Assembly (NCBI GenBank): GCA_905178155.1
Contig: CAJINV010000004.1
Location: 7,096,358-7,160,357, forward strand
Length of the DNA stretch: 64,000 nucleotides
Reading direction: 5' to 3'
Source: Amoebophrya sp. A120
Lineage: Eukaryota; Protista; Dinoflagellata
The position numbers and the translations under genes were made by a program. The notes under the pieces were generated by a model. That model saw only the letters and a program-made list of their open reading frames with translations. It was not told the origin of the DNA and searched no databases. This document shows, piece by piece, positions 62,337 through 64,000 of this stretch; position 1 is the first letter of the stretch; every line of letters begins with the position of its first letter.

Positions 62337-63290
62337 GTTTTGTTTTCCTTTGCAGACCGTACTATAAGTGCCTAGTGTACTAAATCAATACCCACAAAAA
62401 ACAACAAAAGCACGACCTAGTAGCAGTTGTAGAAGACGAGGGGAAAAATGATCGAATAGTTGATGAAGTGGAGCTTTATCTTTTTACGCACTTCTTGCAC
62501 TAACACGACCTCACCGAACGGAGGTGCGTTTGTTGCTGTGCTCCTTCTAGCTTGCTGTGGTAAAAGCATGGATAACGTCGATTTTGTGTTGGTGTTTTTC
62601 TTTTGACTATACAAGCCTAGTATTCTTTCACACGAAGCTCACGATTATGGTGGTACAGTACTAATTATTGGCGTTGGCCCACACCCACACGTCGACGAAA
62701 AATAATAGGGATAGGCTTTTTTGCTTCTTATTTCTTCCTCTACTCCGACGTAGCTTCGACGAACGATGAGCACGTATAAAATTTTTCGCACGAAGGACAA
62801 CCAGCACGAAATAACAGCACAAATTATACGTTTGAGTTTGTCTTTTCAGGACGAGAGACGAGGAAAAGAGCCGCTTGCCAAGGAAGGCGACGATCACGCT
62901 CAAGTAGTGAAAGTAATACCAAAGGAGCCGTCATTTCAATCGGTCGTGCGTTTTTGTGTCAGTGTATAGCGTTTTTATTATACAACCAATTACACAGCGA
63001 CAGCTGCAACAGTCTCACGCTCACGGACGAAGAACAACACCCATGTGCGGAGAACACTACTTATTCACGTTTACTTCTCAGCGACGACAACGAGTTGCGA
63101 CTGTGGGCGCCACGCTCAATAAAGGTGACTTCTTTCGTCGTGCGCATGATACTCCGAGGAGTCCCCTCTCTTTGTTTGTCGCCAGTTACATGAAATGGGG
63201 TCCAGAGGAGCAGCGCGAACAGTTTTGCGCGCGCGCGCGATTTGGCGCGATTAGCGCCTGCGTACGCGCGGCGATTACGCTTTTCAGGCG

Positions 63291-63400
63291 CGCGCGCCGC
63301 GAAAGGTGTGTGCGCGCCGCGAAAGGTGTGCGCGCGCCGCGAAAGGTGTGCGCGGGCTGCGTGCGAAAGGTGTGTCTCCGCGCGCCGCGAAGGGTGTGCG
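63291..63400. repeat. 20-bp GC-rich minisatellite inside the GC island at about 63210-63690
   Basis: (C/T)GCGCGCCGCGAAAGGTGTG three times at 63291-63350, plus two degenerate units. Confidence 0.85.
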
Positions 63401-64000
63401 CGCCCGCCCTGCGCGCAGAAGGTCGGGCCCGCGCGCGCGGGCACAAACGATTCGGCCGAAAGGCGCGCGCGCGTGCGCACGCGCGCGAAAGGTCCGGCCC
63501 CCCCGCGAGCGCGCAAAAGGCTCGGCCCGCGCGCGCTTGGGATGCAGATGCGAAAACGTTCGTCGCCAGACCCGGAGGGACCACACTTGCCTCTTGCCGA
63601 CCGGCGCCGGTCCGGCGACCGCGAGCGCGCTCCTTTCATCCTTCACCAGGAGGAGCAATGCGCTCGGTATCGGTACGGGGAGCGGAGCCGTTCTGTGCCG
63701 TAAACGTGCAGGCTGTAAGTGCAGAAAATTTCATTACAGATGTGCTAGCTGTAGCACTTCGCACGAAAGAACTCGCCTCTCCACAATCCTATTTTTGATA
63801 CATAAGCAAGAGTGAATGAATGATTTACCCAGAAGATCAGCACGTCATCATAACACATCAGCGCGTGTCGCTCTTGTTTTCCGTTTGATTTCATCTTTCA
63901 CGATCACGAGCCAAAATGCGTTCCAACGCGAATCTTTACAAAACGACCCTGATGTATGATTTTTACAAACCTAGTATGGGTATGATTCATAGAACAAACT

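Overview
Eukaryotic nuclear DNA. The organism is probably a dinoflagellate-lineage alveolate such as the syndinian parasite Amoebophrya; this is inferred from the alveolate-type profilin, the Mei2-like and multi-EF-hand genes, the one-directional gene order and the intron type. Eleven protein-coding genes were reconstructed by hand, all on the minus strand: a partial hypothetical protein, a DUF2009/UPF0652 protein, a small membrane protein, a Mei2-like RRM protein, cytosolic leucyl-tRNA synthetase, profilin, a TraB-domain protein, ETHE1, a coiled-coil protein, RPL28 and a giant multi-EF-hand protein. The dominant feature is 37 MITE-like introners of 143-441 bp in about 10 families. Almost all run TAT...ATA, have terminal inverted repeats (TIRs) and are flanked by a 5-bp direct repeat (DR). 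36 of them interrupt exons, mostly without GT-AG borders and in both orientations. Removing the element plus one DR copy restores conserved protein motifs exactly. Also present: decayed introner-like GT-AG introns, a retroposon-like fragment nested in an introner, and five very GC-rich islands, two of them bounded by TIRs. Exon coordinates and family names A-J are my own and were not tool-verified.
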